Source: Candidatus Methanoperedens sp. (GTDB lineage Bacteria > Patescibacteriota > Microgenomatia > UBA12405). From it: a stretch of DNA of 64,000 nt. The notes under the pieces are model-generated. The model was not told the origin of the DNA. It searched no databases and saw only the letters and a program-made list of their open reading frames with translations. The stretch covers positions 44,232 through 108,231 of the forward strand of contig DATMWB010000003.1 in assembly GCA_035562735.1 (NCBI GenBank). The letters are read 5' to 3'. Made by a program: the position numbers and the translations under genes. Positions 45,662-56,771 of the stretch are shown piece by piece. The first letter of the stretch is position 1; each line of letters starts with the position of its first letter.

Positions 45662-45844
45662 CATTGACCTGATTTTGTGCTATTATCCATAAATTCAGCG
45701 AATAACCTTTTAGTCTTGTTTTTACCTCCACTTCCATCTTGCGAAGCTGGTGTCTTACTGATACAATTCTAAAGTATTTTTCGCTACAATTAATTGTTAT
45801 TAATTTTCCGCGACAAGCGGATTTTTTAAAAAAAACAAAAACAT

Positions 45845-47017
45845 ATGGCTGACACCTATCAAAGAACTAAACCCCATGTTAATGTTGGTACTATTGGTCA
45901 TGTCGATCATGGTAAAACAACCTTAACTGCGGCTATTACCAAAATTCAAGGAAATGCAAAATCTTACGCCGATATCGCCAAGGGTGGTACCGTTCGTGAT
46001 GCTAACAAAATTGTTACTATTGCTATTTCCCACGTCGAATACGAATCTGAAGCTCGTCATTATGCTCATATCGACTGTCCAGGGCACGCTGACTACGTCA
46101 AAAACATGATTACCGGTGCCGCTCAAATGGACGGTGCTATTCTCGTTGTTTCTGCTCCAGATGGTCCAATGCCTCAAACTCGTGAGCACGTACTTTTAGC
46201 CAAACAAGTTAATGTTCCTTCCTTAGTCGTCTTCTTAAACAAAGTCGATCTCGTCACTGATCCAGAATTCTTGGATCTTGTCGAAATGGAAATCAGAGAT
46301 CTTTTAACTAAGTACGGCTATCCAGGTGATACTACCCCAATTGTCCGTGGTTCAGCTCTAAAAGCTCTCAATGGTGAAGCTGATGGTATCGAATCTATCA
46401 AGAAATTGATGGAAGCTCTCGATTCTTTCATTCCTGAACCTGTCCGTGAACTCGATAAGCCTTTCTTAATGCCTATCGAAGACGTCTTCTCTATCAAAGG
46501 TCGTGGCACTGTTGCTACCGGTAGAATCGAACGCGGTATTGTTAAAGTCAACGATGAAGTTGAAATCGTCGGTCTACGTGATACTAGAAAAGCTATCGTT
46601 ACTGGTGTGGAAATGTTCCACAAATCTCTTGACCAAGGTCAAGCAGGTGACAATGTCGGTTTACTCTTAAGAGGTATTGAAAAAGATGATATCGAACGTG
46701 GACAAGTCATGTCCAAAGTCGGTACCATTACTCCTCACACCGAATTCAAAGCTGAAGTACTTTTACTTAAAAAAGAAGAAGGTGGACGTCACACTCCAAT
46801 CTTTGCTGGTTACCGACCTCAAGTCTTCATCAGAACAACTGATGTCACCGGTGAAGTAACCCTTCCTGAAGGTGTTGAAATGGTTATGCCAGGTGATAAC
46901 GCCAATGTTACCGTTAAATTAATCAAACCAGTTGCTATGGAAAATGGTTTCCGCTTCGCTATTCGTGAAGGTGGATTGACCGTTGGTGCTGGTGCTATTA
47001 CCGGAATCATTAAATAA
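45845..47017 (+). CDS. tuf: Elongation factor Tu
   Basis: [22 protein letters not shown]. 390 aa. Confidence 0.95.
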   Translation: MADTYQRTKPHVNVGTIGHVDHGKTTLTAAITKIQGNAKSYADIAKGGTVRDANKIVTIAISHVEYESEARHYAHIDCPGHADYVKNMITGAAQMDGAILVVSAPDGPMPQTREHVLLAKQVNVPSLVVFLNKVDLVTDPEFLDLVEMEIRDLLTKYGYPGDTTPIVRGSALKALNGEADGIESIKKLMEALDSFIPEPVRELDKPFLMPIEDVFSIKGRGTVATGRIERGIVKVNDEVEIVGLRDTRKAIVTGVEMFHKSLDQGQAGDNVGLLLRGIEKDDIERGQVMSKVGTITPHTEFKAEVLLLKKEEGGRHTPIFAGYRPQVFIRTTDVTGEVTLPEGVEMVMPGDNANVTVKLIKPVAMENGFRFAIREGGLTVGAGAITGIIK

Positions 47018-47018
47018 A

Positions 47019-47327
47019 ATGAAAGGCAATCGTATTCGTATTAGACTTAAATCTTTTGACCACCGTCTCATTGACGAGGCGGCGGTCAAGATTGTGGAAG
47101 CTGCAGTTACTGCTGGTGCCACAGTTCAAGGACCCATACCTTTGCCCACTTCTCGCAAACTCATTACAGTTTTAACTAGTCCTCATACCGATAAAAATGC
47201 TCGTGATCATTACGAAGTATTGACTCACAAACGTTTAATCGATATCTTCAGCACTAATCTTCGTACCGTCGATAGCCTCCAGCATCTCGACTTGCCCTCC
47301 GGAGTTGAAGTTGAAGTCAAGATGTAA
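47019..47327 (+). CDS. rpsJ: 30S ribosomal protein S10
   Basis: MKGNRIRIRLKSFDHRLID… The ATG at 47019 lies 1 nt after the tuf stop. The track ORF from 46983 is an in-frame read-through artefact. Confidence 0.93.
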   Translation: MKGNRIRIRLKSFDHRLIDEAAVKIVEAAVTAGATVQGPIPLPTSRKLITVLTSPHTDKNARDHYEVLTHKRLIDIFSTNLRTVDSLQHLDLPSGVEVEVKM

Positions 47328-47335
47328 TTACCATT

Positions 47336-47893
47336 ATGATTTCCGGATTTCTTACTCAAAAAAAATTCATGACCAGTATTTTTACCGATGATGGTAAACG
47401 TCTTGCTGTCACTGTTTTGGAAGCAAAACCTCTTACTGTCAATCGATTACGAACCGTTGCCAAAGATGGCTATGATGCTGTTCAAACCAAGTCTCACAAA
47501 AATAAACTAGTTGAATTTCAAGCTGTGTCTGAGACGCCTCTTGAAGTAAAGACCGAAATTACCGCCGATTTAGTTTTCTCTCCAGGCGATCAAGTATCCG
47601 CTACTAGCAAATCAAAAGGTCGAGGTTTTGCTGGTGTTATCAAGCGTTGGGGATTCCGTCGTCAGCCAGTCACTGGTGGTCAATCTGATAGAGTCCGAGC
47701 TCCAGGTTCAATCGGTGCTCAAACTCCAGGTAAAGTAGTCCGAGGTAAAAAAATGCCAGGACATTATGGTAATGCTACAGCTACCGTTACTCATTTGAAA
47801 ATTGTCAAATTCGACAAAGAGCAATCTTTGCTTTATGTTGCTGGCGCTGTTCCAGGTCATGTCAATTCTTGGGTGATAATTTCAAAATCATAA
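47336..47893 (+). CDS. rplC: 50S ribosomal protein L3
   Basis: …GFLTQKKFMTSIFTDDGKRLAVTVLE… L3 signature. Confidence 0.9.
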   Translation: MISGFLTQKKFMTSIFTDDGKRLAVTVLEAKPLTVNRLRTVAKDGYDAVQTKSHKNKLVEFQAVSETPLEVKTEITADLVFSPGDQVSATSKSKGRGFAGVIKRWGFRRQPVTGGQSDRVRAPGSIGAQTPGKVVRGKKMPGHYGNATATVTHLKIVKFDKEQSLLYVAGAVPGHVNSWVIISKS

Positions 47894-47897
47894 ACAT

Positions 47898-48599
47898 ATG
47901 GCAAAAACTATTAAAACTCAAAAAACTGTAAAAACAACCAAGACAGTAAAAACTGTTTCCGCTAGCAAAGCCAGTCTTTACAACATAAATGCCGAAAAAA
48001 TCAAGGATATTTCTTTAGACAAGAATATATTTGAATACAAAATTAATGAAAAATTAATTGCTCAGTCTATAAAAATATATCTCCACAACCAACGTGCTGC
48101 TCACGCCATTGCCAAACATCGCGGTGAGGTTGCCGGTACCACCAAAAAAATGTATGCCCAAAAGGGAACAGGAAATGCTCGTCATTCAACCGCCAAGGCT
48201 CCTCAATTTGTTGGTGGAGGTTCAGCTCACGGCCCTCGTGGTGATCAAAAAACACCTCAACATTTTTCCCAAAAATTACGTCAATCTGCTCTAAAGTCAG
48301 TCTTATCAAAATTTGCTTTAAACAAATCCATTTTAGTCATCGAAAAATTATCGACCATTGAACCAAAAACCAAAACCGCTTGGTCTTTTGTTGATAAATT
48401 AGAAAAACAAAACGAATCATTGGCAAATAGCCGTAAAATTGGTATCATAACCAGTCGTAGCTTAGACAACGTCAAACGAGCTTTCGGGAATATTCCTGGA
48501 ATCAAAATTCTTTCAGTTAAATCACTGAATTCCTATGATTTATCAAGACAGAATTATTTGATGTTTACGCTCTCGGCATTAAAACAATTATCAAAATAA
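47898..48599 (+). CDS. rplD: 50S ribosomal protein L4 (with Lys/Thr-rich N-terminal extension)
   Basis: L4 core (…KGTGNARHSTAKAPQFVGGG…). It sits in the canonical S10-operon position. Confidence 0.9.
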   Translation: MAKTIKTQKTVKTTKTVKTVSASKASLYNINAEKIKDISLDKNIFEYKINEKLIAQSIKIYLHNQRAAHAIAKHRGEVAGTTKKMYAQKGTGNARHSTAKAPQFVGGGSAHGPRGDQKTPQHFSQKLRQSALKSVLSKFALNKSILVIEKLSTIEPKTKTAWSFVDKLEKQNESLANSRKIGIITSRSLDNVKRAFGNIPGIKILSVKSLNSYDLSRQNYLMFTLSALKQLSK

Positions 48600-48600
48600 T

Positions 48601-48888
48601 ATGATTATAAAAAGACCTCTAGTCACCGAAAAATCAATTGCCGCCCAAACAACCGGCAAGTATGGTTTTGTTGTTGACGTCAAAGCTACCAAAAGTCAAG
48701 TTGCTCGTGAATTTGAATCACTTTTTGGTATCAAACCTCTAATGGTCAATATGTTCATTGTTAAGGGTAAAGTTAAAAGTAATTGGAAAACTCGTACCCC
48801 TATCAATCGTCCAAATTTTAAAAAAGCTATTGTTTCTATTGGAAAAGATCAAAAAATTGATATTTTAACTTTGAAAAATGAAAAATAA
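48601..48888 (+). CDS. rplW: 50S ribosomal protein L23
   Basis: 95 aa, in canonical position. Confidence 0.9.
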   Translation: MIIKRPLVTEKSIAAQTTGKYGFVVDVKATKSQVAREFESLFGIKPLMVNMFIVKGKVKSNWKTRTPINRPNFKKAIVSIGKDQKIDILTLKNEK

Positions 48889-49621
48889 ATTATTAACCAT
48901 CAAGAAAAAACGTAGTGGTCGTGATTCTCAAGGACATGTTTCTGTCCGTCACCGCGGTGGTGAGCAAAAACGTTTTCTTCGTCTAATTGACTGGAAAAGA
49001 AATAAGCTCGATGTTAAAGCAAAAGTAATAGCTATTGAATATGATCCTGGTCGCACTGCCGATATTGCCCTTTTATCCTACGAAGATGGTTCCAAATCCT
49101 ACATCTTGGCAAGCGCCAATATGAAAATCAACGATGTTGTTGTCTATTCAGAGTCCGCACCCATCAAAGAAGGTAATAAATTACCCTTAAAATATATTCC
49201 TGTTGGTACCGCTCTTCATTGTTTAGAGTTCCAAGCTGGAAAAGGTGCTCAAATCATTAAATCAGCTGGTTCCGCTGCTTATATTCAATCAATCGATGGG
49301 GAAAAAGTAACCATTAAGCTTCCTTCAGGTGAGCTTCGTCTCTTCCCCGGCTCAGCTTGTGCCACAATTGGTCAAGTTGGAAATGCTAACCATTCAAACG
49401 AAAAATTAGTTAAAGCTGGCGATTCCCGACATCGTGGTTTTAGGCCAAGTGTTCGTGGTGTTGCTCAAAATCCTCATTCACATCCACATGGAGGTGGAGA
49501 GGGTCGATCAAGTATTGGTATGAACCCAAAAACTCCTTGGGGTAAACCAGCAATGGGCAAAAAAACCAGAAAAAGAAAAAAATCTTCAAATAAATTAATT
49601 ATTAAACGTCGTTCAAAATAA
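48878..49621 (+). CDS. rplB: 50S ribosomal protein L2
   Basis: …[10 protein letters not shown]…, …HPHGGGEGR…. Confidence 0.92.
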   Translation: MKNKLLTIKKKRSGRDSQGHVSVRHRGGEQKRFLRLIDWKRNKLDVKAKVIAIEYDPGRTADIALLSYEDGSKSYILASANMKINDVVVYSESAPIKEGNKLPLKYIPVGTALHCLEFQAGKGAQIIKSAGSAAYIQSIDGEKVTIKLPSGELRLFPGSACATIGQVGNANHSNEKLVKAGDSRHRGFRPSVRGVAQNPHSHPHGGGEGRSSIGMNPKTPWGKPAMGKKTRKRKKSSNKLIIKRRSK

Positions 49622-49622
49622 T

Positions 49623-49898
49623 ATGGCTAGAAGTTCACGAAAAGGTCCATACATTGATGCAAAGTTAATCAAAAAAACTGCAGCTAATACGGACGGATCA
49701 TCTATCAAAACCTATGCCCGTGGTAGCCAGATTTCTCCAGACTTTGTTGGTCATCACTATTCTGTTCACAATGGCCACAAATTTATTGAAGTTTACGTTA
49801 CTGAAGACATGGTTGGTCATCGTTTAGGCGAATTTGCCTTAACTCGCACCTTCAAGGGTCACGGCCGTGTTGTTAAACGTGTTATTGAAAAGACCTAA
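49623..49898 (+). CDS. rpsS: 30S ribosomal protein S19
   Basis: …[32 protein letters not shown]…. Confidence 0.93.
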   Translation: MARSSRKGPYIDAKLIKKTAANTDGSSIKTYARGSQISPDFVGHHYSVHNGHKFIEVYVTEDMVGHRLGEFALTRTFKGHGRVVKRVIEKT

Positions 49899-49902
49899 AA
49901 AT

Positions 49903-50352
49903 ATGGCAAAAGAAATTGTTAAAAAAACTACTCTAAAAAAAGAAGTTACCAAAAAAGCAACTAATACTCCAGTTGCCGCCACTCCCGTGCTTGTAGCTCC
50001 CGAATACAAAAAATCTGTCTATACCGATAAAAATATCAAAATTTCTCCACGTAAACTTCGTCTTTTAGCCAATTCTATAAAAAAACTAAGTCCAAGTGAA
50101 GCTTCAATAAAGCTTTCTCTCACAAATACAAAAGCCGCTCGCATTTTGACTAGTGCTCTAAAGACGGTTGTATCTGTAGCCAAAAACAACTATAATCTCT
50201 CACCTGAAAGCCTAATCTTCGATTCTATCCAAGTCGATGAAGGTCCAAAAATTAAACGTATGGACAAATCTCATGGTTCCCACTTTTCTCGTGGAATAAT
50301 CATGAAACGTCACAGTCGCTTAATCATAATTGTTAAAGGTCTAGTCAAATAA
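49903..50352 (+). CDS. rplV: 50S ribosomal protein L22 (with Lys-rich N-terminal extension)
   Basis: The ATG at 49903 follows the rpsS stop, and an L22 core lies downstream of a KKEVTKK-type extension. Confidence 0.88.
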   Translation: MAKEIVKKTTLKKEVTKKATNTPVAATPVLVAPEYKKSVYTDKNIKISPRKLRLLANSIKKLSPSEASIKLSLTNTKAARILTSALKTVVSVAKNNYNLSPESLIFDSIQVDEGPKIKRMDKSHGSHFSRGIIMKRHSRLIIIVKGLVK

Positions 50353-50355
50353 TCT

Positions 50356-51000
50356 ATGGGTCAAAAAATTAATCCTATTTCTTTTAGACTTAAGACACAC
50401 TCTACTTCACCTGAGTGGATGTCCTCTTGGTTTGCTCAAAAAAGTCGTTACAAAGAACTACTACTTGAAGATTATAAGATTCGCGAAGCTCTCCAAAAAA
50501 GACTCTCTTCAGCTGGTATTGTCTCAATTAGGATTGAAAGATCTGCCAAAAAAATTAAGCTCATCTTAGCCGTAAGCCGCCCAGGTTTAGTTATCGGTCG
50601 TGGTGGTAAAGAATTAGAAAGTGTCAAAAATGAAGTTCAAAAACTATTGACCAAACAAAGCTCAAAAACAAACATCGATATCCAAGTTGAGGAATTCAAA
50701 AATGTAGATTTATCAGCAAAACTTATCGCCGAAAAAATTTCTTACCAATTAGCCAAGCGCATGCCTTATCGTCGAGTTGTCTTGTCAGCGGTCGAGAAAT
50801 CAATGGCTGCCGGTGTCAAAGGGATAAAAGTAATTCTCTCAGGTCGTATCAATGGTGCTGAAATTAGTCGTCGTGAAAAGTTTCACCAGGGCCAAGTTCC
50901 ATTGAGTACCATCAAAGCTCGTGTAGATTATGCCGAAGTACCTTGTTTAACTCGTTCAGGCTACATTGGTGTTAAAGTTTATCTTTGTTTAGCCGTCTAA
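50356..51000 (+). CDS. rpsC: 30S ribosomal protein S3
   Basis: [12 protein letters not shown]…, KH domain. Confidence 0.93.
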   Translation: MGQKINPISFRLKTHSTSPEWMSSWFAQKSRYKELLLEDYKIREALQKRLSSAGIVSIRIERSAKKIKLILAVSRPGLVIGRGGKELESVKNEVQKLLTKQSSKTNIDIQVEEFKNVDLSAKLIAEKISYQLAKRMPYRRVVLSAVEKSMAAGVKGIKVILSGRINGAEISRREKFHQGQVPLSTIKARVDYAEVPCLTRSGYIGVKVYLCLAV

Positions 51001-51004
51001 AAAT

Positions 51005-51409
51005 ATGTTGCAACCATCACGTACAAAATACAGAAAACAATTTCGCGGTCGAATGAGAGGAAATTCTCAAGGTAATTTAGTTGCCTTTGGTGAATATGGC
51101 CTTAAGTCGATGGCTTGTGGTTGGATAACCAGTAACCAAATTGAATCAGCCAGACGCGCTATCGCTCATGCTACCAAAAGAAGTGGTCGCACCTGGATTC
51201 GTATTTTTCCTGATAAACCATTTACTCAAAAAGGGGCAGGTGCTCCCTTGGGTGCCGGTAAGGGAGACGTCAAAGGCTATGTCGCTGTTATTCGACCAGG
51301 TAGAATTTTATTTGAAGTTACCGGTATTACTGAAGCAGCTGCTCATGAGGCCCTTCGTCTTGCTGCCGCCAAATTACCAGTTATAACCAAAGTAGTTAAA
51401 AGAAAATAA
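51005..51409 (+). CDS. rplP: 50S ribosomal protein L16
   Basis: [19 protein letters not shown]…. Confidence 0.93.
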   Translation: MLQPSRTKYRKQFRGRMRGNSQGNLVAFGEYGLKSMACGWITSNQIESARRAIAHATKRSGRTWIRIFPDKPFTQKGAGAPLGAGKGDVKGYVAVIRPGRILFEVTGITEAAAHEALRLAAAKLPVITKVVKRK

Positions 51410-51424
51410 TTTACTCTAGAATTT

Positions 51425-51622
51425 ATGAAAAAAACTGATAAAATTGCCTACAAGCAAAAAAGCACTGCCGAACTAAACAAACTTTTGGCGGAACTCAAAA
51501 AAAAGTATATTGAGTCAAAAAGTAAACAGTATTTGGGAAATCAAAAAGACACCTCTGTTTTCAAAAAAATTCAATCAGAAATTGCATTAATTTTGACATT
51601 ACTAAACCAAAATGACAGATAA
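51425..51622 (+). CDS. rpmC: 50S ribosomal protein L29
   Basis: 65 aa helical, in canonical position between L16 and S17. Confidence 0.8.
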   Translation: MKKTDKIAYKQKSTAELNKLLAELKKKYIESKSKQYLGNQKDTSVFKKIQSEIALILTLLNQNDR

Positions 51623-51878
51623 AATTAAAGAAACCGGAAAAATATTTACTGGCGTCGTTGTCTCTGACAAAATGACCAACACTATTGTTATCTCTTTGTC
51701 CTACACTTCTCGTCACCCTTTATACAAAAAAATTGTCAAGAAAAATAAAAAAATCTATGCCGATAATAATCTAAACGCCAAAGCAGGTGACACTGTCATG
51801 GTAAAAGAAACTCGTCCTCTTAGTAAACTAAAAAGATTTACCACATTAAAAATTGTTAAAACAGGTTTAACTGACTAA
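51612..51878 (+). CDS. rpsQ: 30S ribosomal protein S17
   Basis: …[14 protein letters not shown]…. Confidence 0.9.
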   Translation: MTDKIKETGKIFTGVVVSDKMTNTIVISLSYTSRHPLYKKIVKKNKKIYADNNLNAKAGDTVMVKETRPLSKLKRFTTLKIVKTGLTD

Positions 51879-51879
51879 T

Positions 51880-52248
51880 ATGTTACAACTAAGAACTCGA
51901 CTAAAACCAGCTGATAATTGTGGTGCAAAATCACTTGAAATTATGCATATCTACGTTGGATCAAAACACAAACAATGCGGTGTTGGAGATATTGTTTTGG
52001 CCGTAGTCAAAGAAGCCATGCCCAATGGACTTGTTAAAAAGAAAGAGAAAGTTAAAGCTGTAATTGTTCGAACAAAAAAAGAATTGGGTCGACCAGATGG
52101 TTCCTATATCCGTTTTTCCGATAATGCTGCAGTAATTATAGATTCTCAAAAAAATCCTCGAGGAACTCGTATCTTTGGACCTATTGCTCGTGAAATCAAA
52201 GATGCTGGTTTTACCAAAATTGCTTCAATGGCCAAGGAGGTTTATTAA
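51880..52248 (+). CDS. rplN: 50S ribosomal protein L14
   Basis: [17 protein letters not shown]…. Confidence 0.93.
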   Translation: MLQLRTRLKPADNCGAKSLEIMHIYVGSKHKQCGVGDIVLAVVKEAMPNGLVKKKEKVKAVIVRTKKELGRPDGSYIRFSDNAAVIIDSQKNPRGTRIFGPIAREIKDAGFTKIASMAKEVY

Positions 52249-52252
52249 AAAT

Positions 52253-52573
52253 ATGAAAATTCAAAAAGGCGATAAAGTAGAAATAATGATTGGTAAAGAC
52301 AAGGGTCGAAATGGTGAAGTTCTCCGTGTTTTTTCTAAAAGCGAAGAAATAGTCATAAAAGGATTAAATATGTTCAAGAAACATATCAAACCAACTCAAG
52401 GCCAAAAAGGTGGTATTGTCGAAAAAGAACGTCCCATAAAAGCCTCAAAAGTAATGCTTATTTGCCCTAGTTGTGGTAAAAAAATTCGAGTAGCCTATTC
52501 CATTGATAAAAACGGTGACAAATCTCGTATTTGTCGAAAATGTAAATCAATAATCATTGCCTCCAAAAAATAA
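52253..52573 (+). CDS. rplX: 50S ribosomal protein L24 (variant with a C-terminal CxxC…CxxC cysteine pair)
   Basis: The ATG at 52253 has an SD (AAGGAGG) 12 nt upstream. A KOW domain (…GDKVEIMIGKDKGRNGEV…) precedes …CPSCGKK…CRKCKS…. Confidence 0.85.
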   Translation: MKIQKGDKVEIMIGKDKGRNGEVLRVFSKSEEIVIKGLNMFKKHIKPTQGQKGGIVEKERPIKASKVMLICPSCGKKIRVAYSIDKNGDKSRICRKCKSIIIASKK

Positions 52574-52578
52574 AATAT

Positions 52579-53112
52579 ATGATGTCAACTTACATAAAAG
52601 AAATTAACCAACAATTGGCCAAGGAATTAGGATCAAAAAATCCAAACTCACTTCCAAAATTAAAAAAAGTGGTCATAAACTATCGTGTTTCCGATGGTCG
52701 TGATTCAAAAGAACAGTTAGCTGCCGCCGAAAAAGAATTGATGGCTATAACTGGTCAAAAACCACGTTTAACTACCTCAAAAAAGTCAATTGCTGCATTC
52801 AAATTACGTCAAGGTGAGCCTTTGGCTTACAAGGTTACCCTTCGAGGTACCAGAATGTATGATTTTATCTACAAACTTTTTCACATTGTCTTACCCCGAC
52901 TTCGTGACTTTAAAGGTCTACCTTCAAGTTCTTTTGACAAGGAAGGTAATTATTCTCTAACTATCCACGATCAAACATATTTTTCCGAGGTGGATTTAGA
53001 TGTTATAAACAAAATTCGTTCCGTTCAAGTTACTATGGGTATTTCTGCCTCTTCAATCGAAGAGTCAAAAATGTTATTATCCACCCTAGGTTTTCCATTT
53101 GAGAAAAATTAA
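52579..53112 (+). CDS. rplE: 50S ribosomal protein L5
   Basis: 177 aa, in canonical position. Confidence 0.92.
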   Translation: MMSTYIKEINQQLAKELGSKNPNSLPKLKKVVINYRVSDGRDSKEQLAAAEKELMAITGQKPRLTTSKKSIAAFKLRQGEPLAYKVTLRGTRMYDFIYKLFHIVLPRLRDFKGLPSSSFDKEGNYSLTIHDQTYFSEVDLDVINKIRSVQVTMGISASSIEESKMLLSTLGFPFEKN

Positions 53113-53114
53113 CT

Positions 53115-53300
53115 ATGGCTACAACTGCAAAAATTGTTCGTGAAGCAAAAAAACTAAAGTACTCAAATCGACATCATAATCGATGTCAGCTTTGTGGTAG
53201 ACCTCGATCTTATATTCGTCTATTTGGTCTTTGTCGTTTATGTTTTAGAAAATTAGCCAACACTGGCGCTCTCCCTGGAGTTAAAAGGGCCAGCTGGTAA
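53115..53300 (+). CDS. rpsN: 30S ribosomal protein S14, zinc-binding short (type Z) form
   Basis: 61 aa with CQLCGR…CRLCFR. Confidence 0.9.
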   Translation: MATTAKIVREAKKLKYSNRHHNRCQLCGRPRSYIRLFGLCRLCFRKLANTGALPGVKRASW

Positions 53301-53307
53301 AAAATAT

Positions 53308-53676
53308 ATGATTAACTCTTTATCTTGCGATTTACTTACTAGAATAAAAAATGGCTCTAGAGCTGGACGCAAAAGTATCAACGCTCCACTTTCAAAATAT
53401 TCATTGAGTATTTTAGAACAACTAAAAAAATATGGATTTATCAGTGATTTCACTGTTAACGCAGAAGATAGAATTATCTCCATCGCCAAGCCACACGTAT
53501 TAGACATCGAAATATTTTCACGACCAGGTCGCCGTTTGTACTGTACTTCCACCTCCTTACCTTGGGGAAAAACACCTAAATCATTAATAATTATCTCAAC
53601 CTCCTCCGGTTTGCTCTCTCAAAGAGAAGCCGCTACCAAAAAACTTGGTGGCGAATTAATTGCCGAGATTTGGTAA
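53308..53676 (+). CDS. rpsH: 30S ribosomal protein S8
   Basis: 122 aa, in canonical position. Confidence 0.92.
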   Translation: MINSLSCDLLTRIKNGSRAGRKSINAPLSKYSLSILEQLKKYGFISDFTVNAEDRIISIAKPHVLDIEIFSRPGRRLYCTSTSLPWGKTPKSLIIISTSSGLLSQREAATKKLGGELIAEIW

Positions 53677-53682
53677 ACACTT

Positions 53683-54222
53683 ATGTCACGTATTGGTCGA
53701 CAAATCATCATTATCCCAGAAAATGTAACCGTTAAAAACGATTCTTCGGTTATCACTATTACTGGTCCAAAGGGGGTTTTAACTTATACTCTTCCCCTTA
53801 AAATCGAAGTTTCTATTTCCGAAAACAAGCTTGTAGTCTCCCGTCTTTCTGAGGACAAACAAACACGTTCCAATCATGGTTCCGCAAGAGCTCATCTAAA
53901 CAACATGATCAAAGGTGTTGTTGAGCCTTGGATAAAAGAATTAGAAATTCGAGGTACTGGTTACAAAGCTTCTGTTGCTGGCAACAAACTTACCGTTTTA
54001 GCTGGTTATATTCATCCTGTATATATTATCGCCCCAGAGGGTATTATCATTTCCGTTGCCGAAGAAACTAAAATTACTGTTTCTGGATGCAACCGTGAAG
54101 TTGTTGGTCAAGTCGCCAGCAATATTAGAAAAATTAGAACTCCAGAACCCTACAAAGGTAAAGGTATTCGCTATCTAAACGAGTTTATAAAATTAAAAGC
54201 CGGTAAGACCGCAAAAGCCTAA
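53683..54222 (+). CDS. rplF: 50S ribosomal protein L6
   Basis: [17 protein letters not shown]…. Confidence 0.92.
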   Translation: MSRIGRQIIIIPENVTVKNDSSVITITGPKGVLTYTLPLKIEVSISENKLVVSRLSEDKQTRSNHGSARAHLNNMIKGVVEPWIKELEIRGTGYKASVAGNKLTVLAGYIHPVYIIAPEGIIISVAEETKITVSGCNREVVGQVASNIRKIRTPEPYKGKGIRYLNEFIKLKAGKTAKA

Positions 54223-54227
54223 ATCAT

Positions 54228-54572
54228 ATGTCAATTGTCAACAATACTAAAATTAGAAGACTTCGAAGAGTACGAGGAAAATTATCACAAAATAAAAGTA
54301 TTCCTCGACTTTCTGTTTTTCGCAGTAATTGTCATATTTGGGCACAAATTATTGATGATAAACACGGTAAAACTTTTGTATCAGCCTCAACAAAAACCGT
54401 AAAAACCAAGGGCACAAAGTCAGAACAAGCTCATGCCGTTGGTGTGGCTTTGGCTTCCCTTGCTACTTCCAAAAAAATAACTTTTGTTAGATTTGATCGT
54501 GGCTCTTATCGTTACCATGGCCGAGTCAAAGCTCTTGCCGAGGGTGCACGTTCAGGAGGTCTAAAATTTTAA
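54228..54572 (+). CDS. rplR: 50S ribosomal protein L18
   Basis: 114 aa, in canonical position. Confidence 0.9.
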   Translation: MSIVNNTKIRRLRRVRGKLSQNKSIPRLSVFRSNCHIWAQIIDDKHGKTFVSASTKTVKTKGTKSEQAHAVGVALASLATSKKITFVRFDRGSYRYHGRVKALAEGARSGGLKF

Positions 54573-54579
54573 AAAAAAT

Positions 54580-55035
54580 ATGTATCAAGACAAAGAAACT
54601 AAAATAATAAGTGAATTTACCGACAAGGTTGTTGAAGTTAAACGCGTTTCCAAAAAGACAAAGGGAGGCAATCAAGTCTCTTTTACAGCCTTAGTTGTTA
54701 CCGGTGACAAGAAAAATCGAGTCGGAGTTGGACATGGTCGTGCAAAAAGTGTTGCTGATGCTATCCAAAAAGCCATAAATCGTGCCCGAAAGACACTAAT
54801 CGAAGTAAACATTGTCAATGGTACTATTCCAGCCTCAGTCAAATTAAAATTCAAAGGCGCTGTTGTGTTAATTCGTCCCGGAAAACAGGGAAGTGGTCTT
54901 ATTGCTGGAGGCCCCGTTCGTTCAGTTGTCGAACTTGCCGGTATCAAAGATATTGTCAGTAAAATAATTGGCTCAAAAAACAAATCAATAAATGTTTGGG
55001 CAACACTCAAAGCTTTAGAAATTCTTAAAAAATAA
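54580..55035 (+). CDS. rpsE: 30S ribosomal protein S5
   Basis: …GRAKSVADAIQKA…. Confidence 0.92.
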   Translation: MYQDKETKIISEFTDKVVEVKRVSKKTKGGNQVSFTALVVTGDKKNRVGVGHGRAKSVADAIQKAINRARKTLIEVNIVNGTIPASVKLKFKGAVVLIRPGKQGSGLIAGGPVRSVVELAGIKDIVSKIIGSKNKSINVWATLKALEILKK

Positions 55036-55036
55036 T

Positions 55037-55492
55037 ATGGATATCTTGTCAAACTTACAAAAAACTGTTGCCAAAACCGCCAAGCGAGTAGGTCGAGGTA
55101 TTGGATCTGGAGTCGGTGGTCACACTACTGGCCGTGGTGCCAAAGGTGACAATGTTCGTGGTCATGGTAAATTGACTTTTGATGGAACTAAGATTAAAAA
55201 ATCATGGTTAAAGAGATTACCTTTTCTTAGGGGAAAACATCGATTACTACCAAAGGATGATACTTATATAATTTCTCTATCCCAAATTTCTACATGGTTT
55301 AAAAGTGGGGACATGGTTGACAAAAAATCGATTTTTGAAAAAATAAGTCGCACTACAGTACGAGATTTAACCAAAAAAGTTAAAATTCTTTCCACTGGGG
55401 AATTAGACAAAAAATTAACCTTCAAGGGAATTGAACTTTCTAAAAAAACAGTCGCAAAAATCGTTGCTTCTGGTGGTAAGATAGAGTCATGA
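55037..55492 (+). CDS. rplO: 50S ribosomal protein L15
   Basis: …[19 protein letters not shown]… It directly follows rpsE with no L30 gene between them. Confidence 0.88.
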   Translation: MDILSNLQKTVAKTAKRVGRGIGSGVGGHTTGRGAKGDNVRGHGKLTFDGTKIKKSWLKRLPFLRGKHRLLPKDDTYIISLSQISTWFKSGDMVDKKSIFEKISRTTVRDLTKKVKILSTGELDKKLTFKGIELSKKTVAKIVASGGKIES

Positions 55493-56769
55493 ATTACCTC
55501 TCAAAATCTTTATCTCTCTATTTTGAAGGTCTAAAGACACCACTGCTTCGTAAAAAGATTTTTATAACTCTTGGAATTTTAGTATTTTTCCGCCTAATCG
55601 CTCATATCCCAGTACCAGGTGTCAATTTATCTCTTCTAAAATCATTTTTTGCTCAAAATCAATTTTTATCGTTACTAGATATATTTTCTGGTGGAACATT
55701 AGCCAATTTTTCAATAGCCGCTTTAGGCCTAAATCCCTATATCAATGCTTCTATCATGCTTCAGCTGTTTGGTTTTGTTATTCCCGAATTAAAAGAATTA
55801 CAAAAAGAAGGGGAATATGGTCGTGCCAAAATAAATCAGTACACTAGAATTCTCACTATCCCCCTCTCAATTTTTCAGGCTTTAGCTATGTATGGTATTT
55901 TAAATTCCCAAAATATAATTGGCCAACAATCAATTTTAACTATTATTGCTCTTGTCCTCTCCATGGTTACCGGTACAATGATTATGATATTTCTTGGTGA
56001 GCTAATAAACGAATTTGGAATTGGCAATGGAATTTCGGTTATGATTTTTGCAGGTATTATTTCCCGCCTTCCCATCGCCGCTGTCCAATCACTTAGTCTA
56101 GCCGATTTTTCTAACCCCCAAACTCTCTTTAACTTAATCTTATTTTTGGCCTTAGCTTTTGCCATTGTATTTGCTGTGGTTACGATAGAAGAAGCTGTCT
56201 TTAGAATTCCAATTTCCTATGCAAAAAGAGCTCAAACCACCTATCTTCCCATAAAGGTAAATGTAGCCGGAGTCATGCCAATAATTTTTGCAGTTTCTCT
56301 TGTTTCTATGCCTTCTTTGTTGGGACAATCTCTTAGTCGAGTCAGTAATCCAGCCATTGCCAATTTTGCTAGACATCTCTCAGACGCTTTTAGTAGTACA
56401 AGTGCCACTTATTTAATATTTTATTTTCTTTTAGTTATTGGTTTCACGATATTTTATTCAACTGTCGTCTTTAAACCCAAAGATGTTGCCGAAGAACTTA
56501 GAAAATCAGGCGGTTTTATTCCCGGTATTCGACCAGGGATTGCCACCGAAAAAAGACTCCAATACTTACTCTATCGCGTTGTTTTTATCGGTGCAGTTTT
56601 CTTAGCTCTTATTGCGGTTGTCCCTTCTTTAGTCCAAAACATCACTGGCATCACTTCACTAACAATTGGTGGAACTTCAGTCCTCATTGTCGTCTCCGTT
56701 ATTCTAGAACTCAATCGTAAAATAGAAAATGTTGTTCAAATGTATAATTACGATAAACTAACTTATTAA
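55489..56769 (+). CDS. secY: Preprotein translocase subunit SecY
   Basis: 10-TM SecY; 426 aa. Confidence 0.92.
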   Translation: MNYLSKSLSLYFEGLKTPLLRKKIFITLGILVFFRLIAHIPVPGVNLSLLKSFFAQNQFLSLLDIFSGGTLANFSIAALGLNPYINASIMLQLFGFVIPELKELQKEGEYGRAKINQYTRILTIPLSIFQALAMYGILNSQNIIGQQSILTIIALVLSMVTGTMIMIFLGELINEFGIGNGISVMIFAGIISRLPIAAVQSLSLADFSNPQTLFNLILFLALAFAIVFAVVTIEEAVFRIPISYAKRAQTTYLPIKVNVAGVMPIIFAVSLVSMPSLLGQSLSRVSNPAIANFARHLSDAFSSTSATYLIFYFLLVIGFTIFYSTVVFKPKDVAEELRKSGGFIPGIRPGIATEKRLQYLLYRVVFIGAVFLALIAVVPSLVQNITGITSLTIGGTSVLIVVSVILELNRKIENVVQMYNYDKLTY

Positions 56770-56771
56770 AA

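Noticed and set aside
45680-45844. tRNA gene between the orphan ORF and tuf, where tRNA genes are common near tuf in other bacteria
   Set aside because: No cloverleaf-compatible sequence is visible, and there is no GTTCRANYC T-loop or acceptor pairing. The same applies to the other gaps checked by eye (7572-7735, 13530-13838, 40536-40698, 62422-62687). A tRNAscan-SE run would be definitive.
46983-47018. N-terminal extension of rpsJ overlapping tuf (track ORF start 46983)
   Set aside because: The S10 homology begins at the ATG at 47019, 1 nt after the tuf stop. The upstream part is in-frame read-through of tuf 3' sequence.
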